A DNA stretch of 64,000 nucleotides from an uncultured Phycisphaerales bacterium (GCA_938084645.1 CALKEP010000011.1:1-64000); one strand, 5' to 3'. Positions 1 through 12,140 are shown, numbered from the stretch's first letter. Numbers and translations are program-made. The notes: a model not told the origin generated them from the letters alone.

Positions 1-22
1 CCGCACCGGAGACGCGTTTCCC

Positions 23-1078
23 ATGTCCGACCCCGAGATGCTCGATCAGTCCGACGTCGACACCCTGATGGATGCCGTCGAGTCGGGGGATCTTCGTGAC
101 GAGCAACGACCCGCTCGGATCTTCTCCCGCTTCCGAAGGGATCACGAAAAGGTCGAGATCCGGGTCTACGACTTCAAGCGTCCGGAGCGCATCGGCAAGG
201 GCCAGATGCGGACCCTCCGGACCCTGCATGAGGCCTTCGCCCGGGGGTTCGGCGCCCAGATGTCGGGCTTCATCCGCTCGATCGTGGAAGTTCGGGTCGC
301 CAGTGCCGAGCAGATGACCTACGCGGAATTCATCGGGAGCCTGCCGAATCCAACCTGCTTCACCCTGCTCGACTGCCCGCCGCTTGGTGGGCAGATCTGC
401 ATGGACATCAGCCCGCTGGTGGTGTTTCCGCTCGTCGAGCGTCTGCTCGGGGGAACGAACCAGAGCCTCCTGGTCCCGAAGCGACCGCTCACCGGCATCG
501 AATCCAGATTGATGCGACAGGTGCTCGACCTCGGAATGAACGCCCTCACCGAGGCGTGGTCCGGCGTCAAGCAGATCGACTTCGGCATCTCGGCGATGGA
601 ATCGAATCCCCAGCTCGTCGAGATCGTCCCTCCCAACGAGGTCGTGGTGATGATCGGGTTCGAGATCCGCCTCGGCAGCCGGGTCGGCGACGGGGTGGGG
701 ACGATGAGTCTTTGCATTCCGTACAACGTGATCGAGCCGGTGATGGAGGATCTGAGCACCGAGAACTGGTTCGTCGCGGGCGAGGGAGGCACTCGGGGCG
801 CCGAACAGGCGATCGTCTCCCGGCTTCACGGCTCCACGGTCCAGGTCGAAGCGACACTTGCCGAGACCTCCATGACCCTGGCCGACCTCGGTCGGCTGGA
901 GGTGGGGGACCTGATCACCACGGATCGGCGGGCGGATCAGCCCGTCGCGGTGAGCATCGCGGGGCGTCCGAAGTTCGAAGCGACCCTCGGCCAGCATCGG
1001 GGAAAGCGGGCCTTGCGGATCGTGGATACCGCAAACTCCGGAAAAAGCACGGACGTCGCCGTCGATTTGGCGTCGTAG
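23..1078 (+). CDS. fliM: Flagellar motor switch protein FliM
   Basis: N-terminal LDQSDVDTLM (CheY-P-binding LSQxEIDAL-like), YDFKRPER, EQMTYAEFI, MESNPQLV, C-terminal SpoA/FliN-like domain (LEVGDLI...G..KF...G). Confidence 0.95.
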   Translation: MSDPEMLDQSDVDTLMDAVESGDLRDEQRPARIFSRFRRDHEKVEIRVYDFKRPERIGKGQMRTLRTLHEAFARGFGAQMSGFIRSIVEVRVASAEQMTYAEFIGSLPNPTCFTLLDCPPLGGQICMDISPLVVFPLVERLLGGTNQSLLVPKRPLTGIESRLMRQVLDLGMNALTEAWSGVKQIDFGISAMESNPQLVEIVPPNEVVVMIGFEIRLGSRVGDGVGTMSLCIPYNVIEPVMEDLSTENWFVAGEGGTRGAEQAIVSRLHGSTVQVEATLAETSMTLADLGRLEVGDLITTDRRADQPVAVSIAGRPKFEATLGQHRGKRALRIVDTANSGKSTDVAVDLAS

Positions 1079-1647
1079 AGGCGGTTTTTCATCGAAACCT
1101 CAGTCACCTTTGGCGAGGTCCGGGTATCCTCCCGGATCGGCCTCGCGTCATCGAGGTCGTGGTCCCGTCCGTCGTCCGACGCCGGGAAAGGATGATTCGC
1201 CGATGCAGATGAACGCTTTTGACAACAGCGCATCGGACCGACAAGGGTTCGGGTTTTCAGGTTGAGCCACTTCCACGGCCATCCTGATTGCACGATCACC
1301 CGCGACGGTGCACGATCGAACCGGCCTTCCCGGTACGTCGTGGAAGTTGCGGACCGACCCGTCACGACGGTTCGGTCCGGACGTGAATCATCCCTTGCTC
1401 GCGTGGAGCTCGTCCCCATGAGGTGACGCATCTCCACAGGACGACTCCGACCGCATCGCGGTCGGCTCGACGGGCCACGCTCCCTTGCCGGGATGCGTGG
1501 CTCGCTTCGTGTGGCGGCATCGCGACGTCGGGGGTGCGGGGGAGACGACACGGCCGGCCGACGGGGGCCGGCGACAACCCGATCTGAGCCTTCGGCTCGA
1601 CATCTCAAGGAGCGGCGGGCGACCACCCGTCCGAAGCAGCAGACGAC

Positions 1648-3078
1648 ATGAATCCAGAAACCCTTCGAATCCTCGACTCCATCGCACGTGACCGGAACAT
1701 CGATCGGGAGCTCCTCATCGAGGACCTCGAGCAGGCGATGGTCAGCGCCGCGCGAAAGCACTTCAACTCCCTCGACACCGAGGAGTTCGGATGTCAGATG
1801 GACCGGCTCAGCGGCGCGATCCGTCTCTGGCGGAACGTCGAAGGTGAAGGCATCGAGGAGATCCCGCTCGCGGCGATGGGCCGGATTCCCGCCCAGACCG
1901 CGAAGCAGGTGATGATCCAGCGGTTCCGAGAGGACGAGCGGAACAGTCTCCTCGAGGAGTTCGCGAAGCGTCAGGGCGAGGTCGTGACCGGGGCTGCGCA
2001 GCGGTACGAAGGCGGGGCCCTGGTCGTGCAGATCGACCGGGCCGAGGGGTTCATGCCGCGAAGCGAGCAGATTCCGGGGGAGCAGTTCCACCCGGGCGAC
2101 CGGGTGCGCTGCCTCATTCTGGACGTCCGTGATGCCGGGAACCAGGTGAAGATCGTCCTCAGTCGCTCGCATCCGGACTTCATCCAGCGTCTCTTCGAGC
2201 AGGAGGTCCCCGAGGTCAGCGAGCGCGTGATCGAGATCAAGGCGATGGCCCGCGAGGCCGGCTTCCGAACCAAGCTCGCGGTCAGCTCGGTCGACTCCAA
2301 GGTCGACGCGGTCGGCGCGTGCGTCGGTGTCCGTGGCAGCCGCATTCGGAACATCGTCGACGAGTTGAACGGCGAGAAGATCGACATCGTCCGATGGAAC
2401 GAATCCAGTCAGGTCCTCATCGCCAATGCGTTGAAGCCCGCGGAGGTCGAGGAGGTCAGCCTCTGTTTCGAACTCGGCCGGGCCACGATCATCGTTCGCG
2501 AGGACCAGCTGTCGCTGGCGATCGGCCGTCGAGGCCAGAACGTGCGACTCGCCGCCCGACTCACCGGTTGGGACATCGACATCCTGACGCCCGACGAATT
2601 CGCGAAGGGGCTCGAGAATCTCGAGAGCACGGTTCGCGGCGTGGAGGGGGTCACGGAGGAGATGCTCGACCGGATGGGGGCGCTCGGCATGATCAGCGTC
2701 TTCGACATCGAGGAGGTTGGCGAGGGCGTCCTCGTCGACGATCTGGAGCTTCCCGAGGATCTGGCGGCGACGATCGTCGAGCGGGCCGCGACGCGGGCCC
2801 ACGAGATCACGGAGGAGCAGGAGAAGGCGAAGGCCGAAGCGGAAGCCAAGGCCGCCGAAGAGCAGTCGGCGGATGCCATCATGTCCGCCACGGATGCCGA
2901 TGCGGAGTCCTCCGCGGCTTCGATTCTCGGCGGCGGGCCCGTACCGGAGCCGGAAGCGGCGGAGACGCCGGAAGCGGCGGAGACGGACGCCGCGGCGGAA
3001 GCCTCGGCCGACGCCCTGCTCGGTGGTGGCGACGACGCGGCGGAGAAGACCCCGCAGCCCGAGGGCGGCGAGGCGTGA
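1648..3078 (+). CDS. nusA: Transcription termination/antitermination factor NusA, with acidic Ala/Glu-rich tail
   Basis: GRIPAQTAKQV, S1 domain, AREAGFRTK, VGACVGVRGSRI, LSLAIGRRGQNVRLAARLTGW; directly upstream of infB. Confidence 0.98.
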   Translation: MNPETLRILDSIARDRNIDRELLIEDLEQAMVSAARKHFNSLDTEEFGCQMDRLSGAIRLWRNVEGEGIEEIPLAAMGRIPAQTAKQVMIQRFREDERNSLLEEFAKRQGEVVTGAAQRYEGGALVVQIDRAEGFMPRSEQIPGEQFHPGDRVRCLILDVRDAGNQVKIVLSRSHPDFIQRLFEQEVPEVSERVIEIKAMAREAGFRTKLAVSSVDSKVDAVGACVGVRGSRIRNIVDELNGEKIDIVRWNESSQVLIANALKPAEVEEVSLCFELGRATIIVREDQLSLAIGRRGQNVRLAARLTGWDIDILTPDEFAKGLENLESTVRGVEGVTEEMLDRMGALGMISVFDIEEVGEGVLVDDLELPEDLAATIVERAATRAHEITEEQEKAKAEAEAKAAEEQSADAIMSATDADAESSAASILGGGPVPEPEAAETPEAAETDAAAEASADALLGGGDDAAEKTPQPEGGEA

Positions 3079-3196
3079 TCGATGTGCGGCGTGGCGGTCG
3101 ATGGATCGACCGTCTCGCGAGGATTCTGAATCGGCAGGAACGATGAACTGATCGACGGTCCGCGAGTGCGGAAGTCCACATTCGCAGGAGAACCAC

Positions 3197-6007
3197 GTGG
3201 CCACGAAGAAGAAGAAGACGACCACTCTCAGAGTGCACACGCTCGCCAAGGAACTCGGCGTGTCCAGCAAGGACATCATCGCCAAGTGCGTGGCCGAAGA
3301 CATCCCCGACATCACCAATCACATGTCGGCGGTCTCGGTCGGGCTGTCGCACACGGTGCGGGAGTGGTTCAGTGTCGCGGCGGAGGCGTCGACGACCGCG
3401 GTGGAGACCGCGGCCAAGGTCGACGTCGCGAAGGCGCGGGCCAAGGTGAAGAAGGCCACCAAGAAGGCCACCAAGAAGACCGCTCCGACGGAGGAGCCGG
3501 AGGTCGAGACCGCGGCCCCCGTCAAGAAGGTGGAGACGCCCGAAGATCCGAGCATGCCCCCGATCGCCGAAGTCGCCGCCGCCGCGGCCGCGGCGGCGGC
3601 TGCCGCTGCCGCGGCCGCGGCCGAAGCAGCGCCGGCCGAGGTGCCGGATGCACCGGATGCGGGTGAGGATCCGGTGGTCGATCCGGTCGACCGGCCGGAA
3701 GTCGCGGCAACGAGTCCGGTTGCGGATGCGCCGGAGAGTCCGGACGCGGAGACCCAGTTCAAGCCGGTGATGAACGTGCCCAACCGGCCCGACTCCGTGA
3801 CGCCCGTGGGTCCCAAGCTCGAACAACCGACCAAGGTCGCGCTCAGCGGACCGAAGGTGATCCGGGTGGAGGAACCCGACAAGCTTCCGCCCCCGCGGGC
3901 GCGACACCAGCCGAACGACGGCATGATGACCACCGGTGGTCCCCGCCGCGGTGGCGGTGCCGGCGAGATGGACCAGGGACGACGAGGTGGCGGTGGTGGT
4001 GGTGGCGCCGCCGGCAAGGGCCGCAGTCCGAGACGGCAGAGCGGCGACGGGCGCACCGGCCGAGCCGGTGGGACCGGCGACAACAAGTTCAAGCCCTGGC
4101 GTGCGCAGGATCTCGCCGAGCGTGATCAGGCCTTGAAGCACTCCCAGGGATTCTTCAGGCAGCATCGTCAGGATCGTTCGCGCGGTCGTGGTGGCGGTCG
4201 ACGAGGGCCCGCCGCGCCGGTCAAGCCCACGGGACCCGTCAAGATCTCGGAACCGATCACGATCAAGGATCTTTCCGCCGCGAGTGGCGTGAAGGGTGCC
4301 GAGATCGTGAAGAAGCTGTTCCTCGAGGGCATCCCCGCGACGATCAACTCCGCGATCGACACCGAGCGCGCCATCGAGATCATGATGGAGTACGAGATCG
4401 AGCTGCAGGTCGTGGAAGCGAAGACCGCGGCCGAGGTGATCGAAGAGCGATTCATGGCTCGTGAACGTGGCGACGAACGGGGACGAAGTCCGATCGTCAC
4501 CATTCTCGGTCACGTCGACCACGGCAAGACGTCGCTGCTGGACCGGATCCGTCAGACGAACGTCGCCGACGGCGAGGCCGGCGGCATCACGCAGGCGACG
4601 AGTGCGTTCCAGGTTCCGGTGAAGGCCGGCGAGCAGGAGCGGGTCGTCACCTTCATCGACACTCCGGGTCACGAGGCGTTCACCGCCATGCGGGCCCGCG
4701 GTGCGAAGGTCACCGACGTGGTCGTGCTGGTGGTCGCGGCGGACGACGGCATCATGCCCCAGACCGCGGAGTCGATCAGTCACGCGAAGGCGGCGGGCGT
4801 GCCGTTGGTCGTGGCGTTGAACAAGATCGACAAGGCGGAGGCCACCGACGCGAACATCCAGCGGATTCTCGGGCAGCTCGCCGAACACGAGCTGAATCCG
4901 ACCGAGTGGGGTGGAGGCACCGAGGTGATCCGCACCAGCGCGATCGACGGCACCGGCATCCAGGACCTGCTCGACATCCTCGACTACCAGGCGGATCTGC
5001 TCGAACTCAAGGGCGACTTCGACGGCAACGCCGAAGGCACCGTCCTCGAGGCCCAGGTCGAGGAGGGGCGTGGGCCGGTGGCCCGGATGCTCGTCCAGGA
5101 AGGCATGCTCAACAAGGGCGACTTCATCGTGACCGGCCGGGGTTACGGCCGGGTCCGCGACATCGTCGACGATCACGGCGATCGCATCGCCTCCGCGGGT
5201 CCCTCGACTCCGGTGGCGATCAGCGGCATCGACCAGCTCCCGGACGCCGGGGACCGGTTCTTCGTCGTCGATTCGCTGAAGGAGGCGGAGGCCGCCGCCG
5301 AGGAGCGTCGTCGACTCGAACGCGAGCGGGAGCTCGCGGCACCGAAGATCACGCTCGACAACATCTTCGACCACCTCGAAGAGGGCAAGAAGAAGGACCT
5401 GCCGCTCGTGGTCAAGGGCGACGTGCAGGGCTCGGTCGAGACGCTTCGCGCCGTCCTCGGGAAGATCGGCTCCGACGAGGTGAAGGTCTCGGTCAAGCAT
5501 TCCGCGGTGGGTGGAATCAACGAGAGCGACGTGACGCTCGCGGAAGCGACGGGATCGATCGTGATCGGATTCAACGTCACCACCACCTCGAAGGCGAGGC
5601 AGCTCGCCGAGAGCAAGGGTGTCGACATCCGGCTCTACGACGTCATCTACGACATCACCGACGACGTCGAAAAGGCCGCATCCGGCCTGCTCGATCCGGA
5701 GCTCAAGCTCGAGGTGCTCGGCCATGCCGAGGTCAAGGAGGTCTTCAAGGTCTCCAAGGTCGGGGCGATCGCGGGTTGCTACGTCACCGACGGCGTGGTG
5801 GAACGCAACGCCCAGATCCGTGTCACCCGCGACGGCATCGTCGTCGAGAAGGACCGTCGGCTCGACCAGCTCAAGCGATTCAAGGACGACGCCAAGGAAG
5901 TCAAGAGCGGCATGGAATGCGGCATGAAGATCGATGGGTACGACGACATCAAGGAAGGCGACGTGCTCGAGTGCTACAAGACGATCGCCGTGGCACGGAG
6001 TCTTTGA
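3197..6007 (+). CDS. infB: Translation initiation factor IF-2
   Basis: [11 protein letters not shown]-domain, [32 protein letters not shown]-terminal LKRFKDD..EV..GMECG; GGAG RBS before GTG start. Confidence 0.99.
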   Translation: MATKKKKTTTLRVHTLAKELGVSSKDIIAKCVAEDIPDITNHMSAVSVGLSHTVREWFSVAAEASTTAVETAAKVDVAKARAKVKKATKKATKKTAPTEEPEVETAAPVKKVETPEDPSMPPIAEVAAAAAAAAAAAAAAAAEAAPAEVPDAPDAGEDPVVDPVDRPEVAATSPVADAPESPDAETQFKPVMNVPNRPDSVTPVGPKLEQPTKVALSGPKVIRVEEPDKLPPPRARHQPNDGMMTTGGPRRGGGAGEMDQGRRGGGGGGGAAGKGRSPRRQSGDGRTGRAGGTGDNKFKPWRAQDLAERDQALKHSQGFFRQHRQDRSRGRGGGRRGPAAPVKPTGPVKISEPITIKDLSAASGVKGAEIVKKLFLEGIPATINSAIDTERAIEIMMEYEIELQVVEAKTAAEVIEERFMARERGDERGRSPIVTILGHVDHGKTSLLDRIRQTNVADGEAGGITQATSAFQVPVKAGEQERVVTFIDTPGHEAFTAMRARGAKVTDVVVLVVAADDGIMPQTAESISHAKAAGVPLVVALNKIDKAEATDANIQRILGQLAEHELNPTEWGGGTEVIRTSAIDGTGIQDLLDILDYQADLLELKGDFDGNAEGTVLEAQVEEGRGPVARMLVQEGMLNKGDFIVTGRGYGRVRDIVDDHGDRIASAGPSTPVAISGIDQLPDAGDRFFVVDSLKEAEAAAEERRRLERERELAAPKITLDNIFDHLEEGKKKDLPLVVKGDVQGSVETLRAVLGKIGSDEVKVSVKHSAVGGINESDVTLAEATGSIVIGFNVTTTSKARQLAESKGVDIRLYDVIYDITDDVEKAASGLLDPELKLEVLGHAEVKEVFKVSKVGAIAGCYVTDGVVERNAQIRVTRDGIVVEKDRRLDQLKRFKDDAKEVKSGMECGMKIDGYDDIKEGDVLECYKTIAVARSL

Positions 6008-6016
6008 GGGAATCCC

Positions 6017-6508
6017 ATGGCGCGTCGTCGTTTCCAGGAGACCCAGCAGACGGAACGGATCCGACCGAAACAGGTCAGCTCCGTGCTGTCGCGCGTGATC
6101 CAGGAGCGGATCATCCGTGGCTTCGCGGATCCCCGGATCCGGGGTCTCGTGTCGGTGACCAAGGTCGAGCTCTCCGCCGATCTCCTGACCGCCTGGATCG
6201 GGATCTCGGTGCTTCCCGACAAGTACGAGACCCGTGTGCTTTCGGGCCTTCGGAGCGCAGACGGCCTGTTCCGCAAACTGATTCGTGAGGAGACGTCGCT
6301 CCGCCGCGTGCCGCGTCTCATCTTCAAGCTTGATTCCTCGATGAAGGAAGAGGCCGCGCTCGACGCGGCGATTCGCGACGGGATGGATTCCGTGAAGCCA
6401 GATGACGCGGAGGAGACGGATCCATTGGATCCGGGTCGACGGGATGGTCCCCTCGACACCGATGCGTCGAACCCCGATCGGGACGGCGAATTCTCGCCCG
6501 ACCACTGA
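6017..6508 (+). CDS. rbfA: Ribosome-binding factor A
   Basis: DPRIRGLVSVTKVELSADL and LRRVPRLIFKLDSS motifs; canonical position after infB. Confidence 0.95.
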   Translation: MARRRFQETQQTERIRPKQVSSVLSRVIQERIIRGFADPRIRGLVSVTKVELSADLLTAWIGISVLPDKYETRVLSGLRSADGLFRKLIREETSLRRVPRLIFKLDSSMKEEAALDAAIRDGMDSVKPDDAEETDPLDPGRRDGPLDTDASNPDRDGEFSPDH

Positions 6509-6523
6509 TCACGAGGTGCGTTC

Positions 6524-7483
6524 GTGAAGACCAAATGGGCCAAGCCGACCAAACTCTCGGCACTCCTGAAGAAGCATCGCGTCACCACGACGGAGGCGAC
6601 GTTGCCGGAGGCCGTCTCCCCCGAGGATCCGATCTCGGTCCTGATCCACTCGTGGATGCTGTGGGAGGCGAGCACCGAGCACGCCACCGCCGCGATGTCC
6701 AAGCTGATGGAGGCGCGGGTCGACGTCAACGAGATCCGGGTCTCGCTGCCGCACGAACTCGCGCCGGCGATCGGCAAGCGGTATCCCCGTCTCGAGGAAC
6801 GCCTCGGCGGTTTGAAGCGATCCCTGCACGCGATCTACCTCCGCCGGCACGAGATCTCCCTCGACTACGTCCGGGAGAAGGGCAAGCGGGATGCGAAGGC
6901 GGAGATCGAATCGCTCGACGGCATGAATCCGTTCGTCTCGGGCCGACTGCTCAGGCTTTCCTTCGACGTGCATGCGATGCCGGCCGACGAACAGTTGTCG
7001 CTCCTCTTCCATGAACTGGGCGTGATCGACGAGGTGGTGGAGCATGAGATCCTCGCGAGCTGGCTGGCATCCGCCATCAAGGCCGACGACGGGCCGAGCG
7101 CCATCGAAGCGCTTCAGGCCGCGGTGGACGCGGCCTGGTCGGACGGCACGATGACCAAGCTCTCACGTCGTCGTCGTAGTGCGAAGCCGACCGATGCTTC
7201 CGAGAAGCCGGCGGCCGCGAAGGTCGAGAAACCCGCCACGGACCCGCCGGAAGTCGTCAAGAAGTCTTCGGCCAGGAAGGCCCCGGTCAAGAAGACGCCG
7301 GCGAAGAAGAAGGCGCCAGTGAAGAAGGCTGCGGCCAAGAAGTCGCCGGCGAAGAAGAAGGCTGCGGCCAAGAAGACGCCGGCGAAGAAGAAGGCTGCGG
7401 CCAAGAAGACGCCGGCGAAGAAGAAGGCTGCAGCCAAGAAGGCACCGGCGAAGAAGGCATCGACGCGGAAACGGGGCGGTTGA
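6524..7483 (+). CDS. Putative HhH-GPD/endonuclease III-like fold protein with histone H1-like Lys/Ala/Pro C-terminal tail
   Basis: [14 protein letters not shown] and HAMPADE resemble HhH-GPD family segments; last ~80 aa consist of [11 protein letters not shown] repeats. Confidence 0.65.
   Translation: MKTKWAKPTKLSALLKKHRVTTTEATLPEAVSPEDPISVLIHSWMLWEASTEHATAAMSKLMEARVDVNEIRVSLPHELAPAIGKRYPRLEERLGGLKRSLHAIYLRRHEISLDYVREKGKRDAKAEIESLDGMNPFVSGRLLRLSFDVHAMPADEQLSLLFHELGVIDEVVEHEILASWLASAIKADDGPSAIEALQAAVDAAWSDGTMTKLSRRRRSAKPTDASEKPAAAKVEKPATDPPEVVKKSSARKAPVKKTPAKKKAPVKKAAAKKSPAKKKAAAKKTPAKKKAAAKKTPAKKKAAAKKAPAKKASTRKRGG
7322..7456 (+). repeat. 33-bp in-frame tandem repeat (~4 copies) encoding KKKAAAKK(T/S/A)PA
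   Basis: Unit AAGAAGAAGGCTGCGGCCAAGAAGACGCCGGCG is directly visible, with small variants. Confidence 0.95.
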
Positions 7484-10400
7484 TGCTCGGGCCTGCGTGG
7501 TGTGGAGGGATCCACCGCGGTCGCCACATCCCACGAGGCCTCCTGACGGGGCTTGCATGTCTCGTCGCCGTGGCCGGCTGCACCGGTCCCGCGTCGGTAC
7601 CCGCCGGCGATGCGGACGCATTCCGCATCGACGATCTTGATCGACGATCCCGGCTTCGGGCCCGCGCCGCCGAGGAACTCGAGCGGGAGCCCGAGGTCCT
7701 TCGAGTCCTGCCGCCGCCGCCGATGCTCGCATCGGAGGGTTCCACGAGCTTCACCGCCGAACGGACGGTTCGGGCGATCGCCGAGGCGCACCTCGATCCG
7801 ACGATCGCCCGCCTCGAACCACCCGACCGGATCTCCAGGCCGGTGCCGGTGGATGCGATCCGCGGATACGTCCGGGGACGGATGCTGCTGGCCGCCGGTC
7901 GGCCGCAGGAGGCGATCCAGCCGCTCGAGTCGGCCGTCCGCGAGGGTGCGGGCGACACGGCGCTCCGCGTGCTTGCGATCGCATTCGACGAGGTTGGAAA
8001 CGTCTCGGACGCGTTGGCGATCCGCCGGAGGCTCGCGGCTCGAGGGTCCGCGGACGATCGTGACCTTCGATCCCTGGGGCGTGAGTTGACGCGTCGGCGC
8101 CGTTCCGAGGAGGCCACCGCGGTGTTCGCCGCGAGATATCTCCGCGCGGTGGATCGGCGGTCGGGGCTCGCAGCGGACGCGGTGTCGGATCTCATGCTCG
8201 CGATCGAGGCGAGCGAAGGCGCGGATGCCGCCTCGGAACTTCGCGAGGCGGTTCTGGTGGAGGACGACGGACGTCTGCTCGCCGGTCTTTCCTCGGCCGC
8301 GGCGTCCGAGTGCCTGTTGCTGGCGGGAGACGACGCCGCGAAGCGAGGCCTCCCGATTCTCGCGGACCAACGATGGCGATCGGCGGCGAGGAGGGGGGGG
8401 ATCGATCCGGCGGTGCTCAGGCCCCGGCTGGTCTGGTCGTCGGCGTCGCTCGGACGCGATGCGACGATGCAGGAGATTCTCCTCGAATCGAGCGTCGTGC
8501 CGACGGGGATCGACCGGGAGATGTTCTCGCTGCTCCGCGACGGTGGAGTCGAACTCCCGGAGCTTCGCGAAGCGCTGGTGGAGCGGATTCTCGCGACCCC
8601 GGACGATCTTGCGGCGTCGACCCTGCTGGTCTCGCTCGATCCGAAGCGTGCCGCGGAAGTCATCAGTCGCATGGACGCCGCCGCGGTCCCGCCGGAGCTT
8701 CGGGTGGGACTGGTCGATGCCGCGATATCCGGTGGGCCGAGATCCGGCGTCGTCGTGGCATCGAGCGTGGTCGATTCGATCCGACTGCTCGATGTCGCCG
8801 TCGATCGACTCATTGCCGGGCCCTGGAGTGATCAGGTCCTGCTGGATGCCCTGTTGGATGAACGGCTGGTCGAGGGTTCGACGGATACCTCCCTCGTCCG
8901 CGCCGAGATGCTGCGTCGTTACGAACGCCCGGGCCTCGCCGAAGATGCGCTCGCGGCCACGAGCTCCAGCGACGGGCCGGCCCGTCGCGTGGTTCGAATC
9001 CGAATCGCCGCGGACGTCTCGGACCCCGCTGCGGTTCTCGCGGTCGCCGATGCACCGTTCGACGCGTTGGTGGAGTCGGCGCGGATCGACGGGCTGCTGG
9101 TCGCGGGCGAACCCGAGCTGGCGCTCGCCGCCGCGAGGAGTCTCGTCGTCACTTCGCCCGGCGCCGCGGAAGGCTGGGCCGCGTTGGGCGAGGCGGCGGG
9201 TCGGTTCCGCGGTCGGGAGCTCGATGCGGCGAGCGCTTTCGCCCGGGCGATCCGACTTGGTGATCGCCGGTGGTCGACGAGGATCGGACTCGCTCGCTCC
9301 GTCCGCCGCCTCGAAGGCGAGCTCGACGCGGATTCCGAAATCGGCGTGGTGGTCTCGAGGGTGGCGGAGGAGCCCGCGTTCCGTCCGTTGGTCGAAGCCG
9401 ATCGGGCGATCGCGTCGGGTGATCTCTCGACGGCGGCGCGGCTGCTGGACGGCATGCTCGAGAATCCGGAGGCTCGGGAGGAGGTTCTGGTGAGACTGTT
9501 CGGCGTGTGGCAGGCGACCGGTCGCGTCGCCAATGGCCGTCGTCGACTCGAATCGCTTCTCGATCGCCATCCGGCGGACCCCGTGCTTCAGGATGCGGTC
9601 TTCGCCTTGCGACAGTCCGACGCGAATCGAGCCGGACTCGAGGCATCGCTCCGGCTCGAGGCGGCGGGGGCGTTGTCGGGTCACCCACGTCGCCGACTCG
9701 AGTTGCTTCTCGCGGACCGTCCCGAAGACGATGCGGAACGTGATCGCCTCGCCGGCATCCGACTGGGGCACCGTCCGATCACCGTCTCGCGGGACGTCGA
9801 CGAGTTGGAGCGGGCGATCCGCATGGAGGACGAGTCGGCGATCGATCGGCTGCAGTCCGACGTTGCAAGGCTCGACCCCGCCGCCCTCGCACCGCGGCAA
9901 CGGCGGCGGCTCGCGGCGGTGGCGGCGATGCTTCCCGAGTCGCAAGGACGGCCGATCGTCGACCGCGTGGTGGGCTGGTATCGCGCAACGAACACGCCGG
10001 TCGACGTCGAGGTGGCGGTCGCGGCGGTCGGCACGCGGGATGACGATTCGGGGTGGCGACTGCTTGAAGACCTTCGTCCCGCCGCGCCGGCCACGTTCCT
10101 CGATCGGGATTGGCGGGTGGCGGGGCTCGCACGTTTCGACGCCGCCCCGGGTGAGGCCGCGACGCTGCTGCGTTTCGGACTGCGAACCCCCGATGCGGCG
10201 ACCGAATCCGGCGGTGGGCTTCCTCGAACCGCGATCGCGGTCGCGATGGTCGCGGGCGCATCGTCCGAACTCGTCTTCGAGATGCTCGAGGAAGGGACGG
10301 AGGCCGGGCTCGACTGGGCGTCGATCTACGAGGTGGGGGCGTCGGACTGGGAGGTGCTTTCGGCGGTTTCCGGGGATGCATCGCTGCTCGATCGTCCCCA

Positions 10401-11007
10401 ACTGGCGATCGCGCTCCTCGAGGCTGCGGCGGCCGACCCCGAAGCCGACGCCACGACGATCAACAACCTCGGATTCGCACTCCTCGAAGGAGACGAGGTG
10501 GATCGAGCGCGTGCCGCGATTCTGCTCGATCGTGCCTATGAACTGGATGCCGGGAATCCGAGTGTTCTCGACTCCCTGGGATGGTGCCGATATCTGCAGG
10601 ACCGAAACGACGCCGCGAATCCTGAAGGTGCCCTGGCCCTCGTCGGCCGATCGCTGCGGGCGAGATCCGCCGCGGGTCGGCCGCTTTCCGCGGAAGTGCT
10701 CCTGCACTTCGGCGACGCGTCCTGGCGGGCCGGTCGAAAGACCGACGCCGTCGCGGCGTGGAGCCGGATCACGGAGGCGACGCTTCGGAACGAGTCCCTC
10801 GCACGCCGACTGGCGGCCTTCGCCGGATTCCAGCGTGACGTCTGGGGCCGGGTGCTCGTCGACCCCCGGTCGATGCACGAGCGAATCGACGGTCGGTGGG
10901 AGCGGGCGGCCGAGGATCGACTGTCGGCGATCGCGGGGGATCGCTCCCCCCCGGTGACACCCACCTGGACGGAAGCCGAAGGGGGCGTGCAGGCCCCCTC
11001 GGAATGA
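7480..11007 (+). CDS. Large TPR-repeat protein, probable lipoprotein (start uncertain)
   Basis: Lipobox-like LVAVAGC, helical A/L/R/E-rich repeats, C-terminal [10 protein letters not shown]...LDSLGWCRY...[12 protein letters not shown] signature; overlaps upstream stop. Confidence 0.8.
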   Translation: MMLGPAWCGGIHRGRHIPRGLLTGLACLVAVAGCTGPASVPAGDADAFRIDDLDRRSRLRARAAEELEREPEVLRVLPPPPMLASEGSTSFTAERTVRAIAEAHLDPTIARLEPPDRISRPVPVDAIRGYVRGRMLLAAGRPQEAIQPLESAVREGAGDTALRVLAIAFDEVGNVSDALAIRRRLAARGSADDRDLRSLGRELTRRRRSEEATAVFAARYLRAVDRRSGLAADAVSDLMLAIEASEGADAASELREAVLVEDDGRLLAGLSSAAASECLLLAGDDAAKRGLPILADQRWRSAARRGGIDPAVLRPRLVWSSASLGRDATMQEILLESSVVPTGIDREMFSLLRDGGVELPELREALVERILATPDDLAASTLLVSLDPKRAAEVISRMDAAAVPPELRVGLVDAAISGGPRSGVVVASSVVDSIRLLDVAVDRLIAGPWSDQVLLDALLDERLVEGSTDTSLVRAEMLRRYERPGLAEDALAATSSSDGPARRVVRIRIAADVSDPAAVLAVADAPFDALVESARIDGLLVAGEPELALAAARSLVVTSPGAAEGWAALGEAAGRFRGRELDAASAFARAIRLGDRRWSTRIGLARSVRRLEGELDADSEIGVVVSRVAEEPAFRPLVEADRAIASGDLSTAARLLDGMLENPEAREEVLVRLFGVWQATGRVANGRRRLESLLDRHPADPVLQDAVFALRQSDANRAGLEASLRLEAAGALSGHPRRRLELLLADRPEDDAERDRLAGIRLGHRPITVSRDVDELERAIRMEDESAIDRLQSDVARLDPAALAPRQRRRLAAVAAMLPESQGRPIVDRVVGWYRATNTPVDVEVAVAAVGTRDDDSGWRLLEDLRPAAPATFLDRDWRVAGLARFDAAPGEAATLLRFGLRTPDAATESGGGLPRTAIAVAMVAGASSELVFEMLEEGTEAGLDWASIYEVGASDWEVLSAVSGDASLLDRPQLAIALLEAAAADPEADATTINNLGFALLEGDEVDRARAAILLDRAYELDAGNPSVLDSLGWCRYLQDRNDAANPEGALALVGRSLRARSAAGRPLSAEVLLHFGDASWRAGRKTDAVAAWSRITEATLRNESLARRLAAFAGFQRDVWGRVLVDPRSMHERIDGRWERAAEDRLSAIAGDRSPPVTPTWTEAEGGVQAPSE

Positions 11008-11082
11008 ATCACAATGTCGGAGCGCGGGATCGTCCCGGCGACTCGGACACGCACACACGACAGCACCTCACGGAACATACAG

Positions 11083-11820
11083 ATGGCCGGTCACAGCAAA
11101 TGGGCCAACATCAAGCATCGCAAGGCCCGGGTCGACTCCAAGCGGAGCAAGCAGTGGAGCAACTGCAGTCGCGCGATCATCGTCGCCGCCCGTGATGGTG
11201 GCGGCGATCCGAAGTTCAACACGACCCTTCGGTACGCGATTGATGACGCCAAGGCCGTGAACATGCCCAAGGACACGATCGAGAAGGCGATCAAGAAGGG
11301 CACCGGCGAGATCGAAGGGGAGACCTACGAGCCGGCGCGATACGAGGGCTACGGTCCTGGCGGTGTCGCGATTCTCGCGGACTGCCTCCAGAGCAATGCG
11401 AACAAGACGGCTCCGGAGATCCGGTCGATCTTCGACAAGGGCGGCGGGAATCTCGGCACGCAGAATTCGGTCGCCTTCGGATTCACCCACGAAGGGGTCA
11501 TCCATCTCGACGCGTCGAAGGCGGACGAGGACGAGGTCATCGAAGCGGCCCTGGAGGCCGGTGCGAAGGACGTCGCGACCGAGGACGGGCTGATGACCGT
11601 GTCGACCGAGCCCACGGATTTCATCGGGGTGAAGGACGCGCTCGTCGCGGCCGGATTCGAGATCGAGCAGGCCGAGCTGACCTACACGCCGGGCACCACC
11701 GTCAAGCTCGACGTGTCGGCGGCGAAGAAGTTTCTCCGGCTGATCGACACGCTCGAGGACCAGGACGACGTCCAGCAGGTGCATCACAACGCCGAGATCC
11801 CGGACGAGGCGTACGAGTGA
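11083..11820 (+). CDS. yebC: YebC/PmpR family protein
   Basis: MAGHSKWANIKHRK start, YEGYGPGGVAI, LEDQDDVQQVHHN; start moved to ATG 11083. Confidence 0.97.
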   Translation: MAGHSKWANIKHRKARVDSKRSKQWSNCSRAIIVAARDGGGDPKFNTTLRYAIDDAKAVNMPKDTIEKAIKKGTGEIEGETYEPARYEGYGPGGVAILADCLQSNANKTAPEIRSIFDKGGGNLGTQNSVAFGFTHEGVIHLDASKADEDEVIEAALEAGAKDVATEDGLMTVSTEPTDFIGVKDALVAAGFEIEQAELTYTPGTTVKLDVSAAKKFLRLIDTLEDQDDVQQVHHNAEIPDEAYE

Positions 11821-12140
11821 GCCATCCGCCCCGGCGGCGGGAGCGGGTGACCTTCATCGGCCGCGTCCAGGGCGTGGGATTCCGGGCGATGGTGTCCGAG
11901 GTCGCCGCCGGTCGGCCGGTGGCGGGCTGGGTACGGAACGAGGCTGATGGGTCGGTCTGCATGCTCGTCGAGGGCGTTTCCGGCGACCTCGATGCCCTGA
12001 TCGAGGTGATCCAGCATCGCCGGGGACCGGATCTCGAGGCCGTGCATCGGAAAATCGTCCTTCCCGAGGCCTCGAAGGGGGGTGCTTCGAGCCCTCTCGA
12101 AGGCTTCCGCGTCAAGTTCAACCCGCTTCCGGACCGATGA
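11817..12140 (+). CDS. acyP: Acylphosphatase
   Basis: GRVQGVGFR and GWVRNEADGSV signature motifs; GTGA overlap with yebC. Confidence 0.92.
   Translation: MSHPPRRRERVTFIGRVQGVGFRAMVSEVAAGRPVAGWVRNEADGSVCMLVEGVSGDLDALIEVIQHRRGPDLEAVHRKIVLPEASKGGASSPLEGFRVKFNPLPDR

Noticed and set aside
3574..3625. Poly-Ala run in IF2, and poly-Gly runs in IF2, the S8 protease and the RRM protein
   Set aside because: Ordinary low-complexity linkers encoded by mixed codons
2879..6505. 1208-aa minus-strand ORF (similarly 937-3318)
   Set aside because: Antisense shadow of nusA/infB/rbfA; high-GC codon bias removes stops on the opposite strand, and it has no domain motifs
7322..7456. 33-bp repeats as a possible CRISPR array
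   Set aside because: No spacers, in-frame coding repeat, no cas genes
7114..11058. 1314-aa minus-strand ORF
   Set aside because: Antisense to the TPR gene; Arg/Pro-rich with no recognisable motifs
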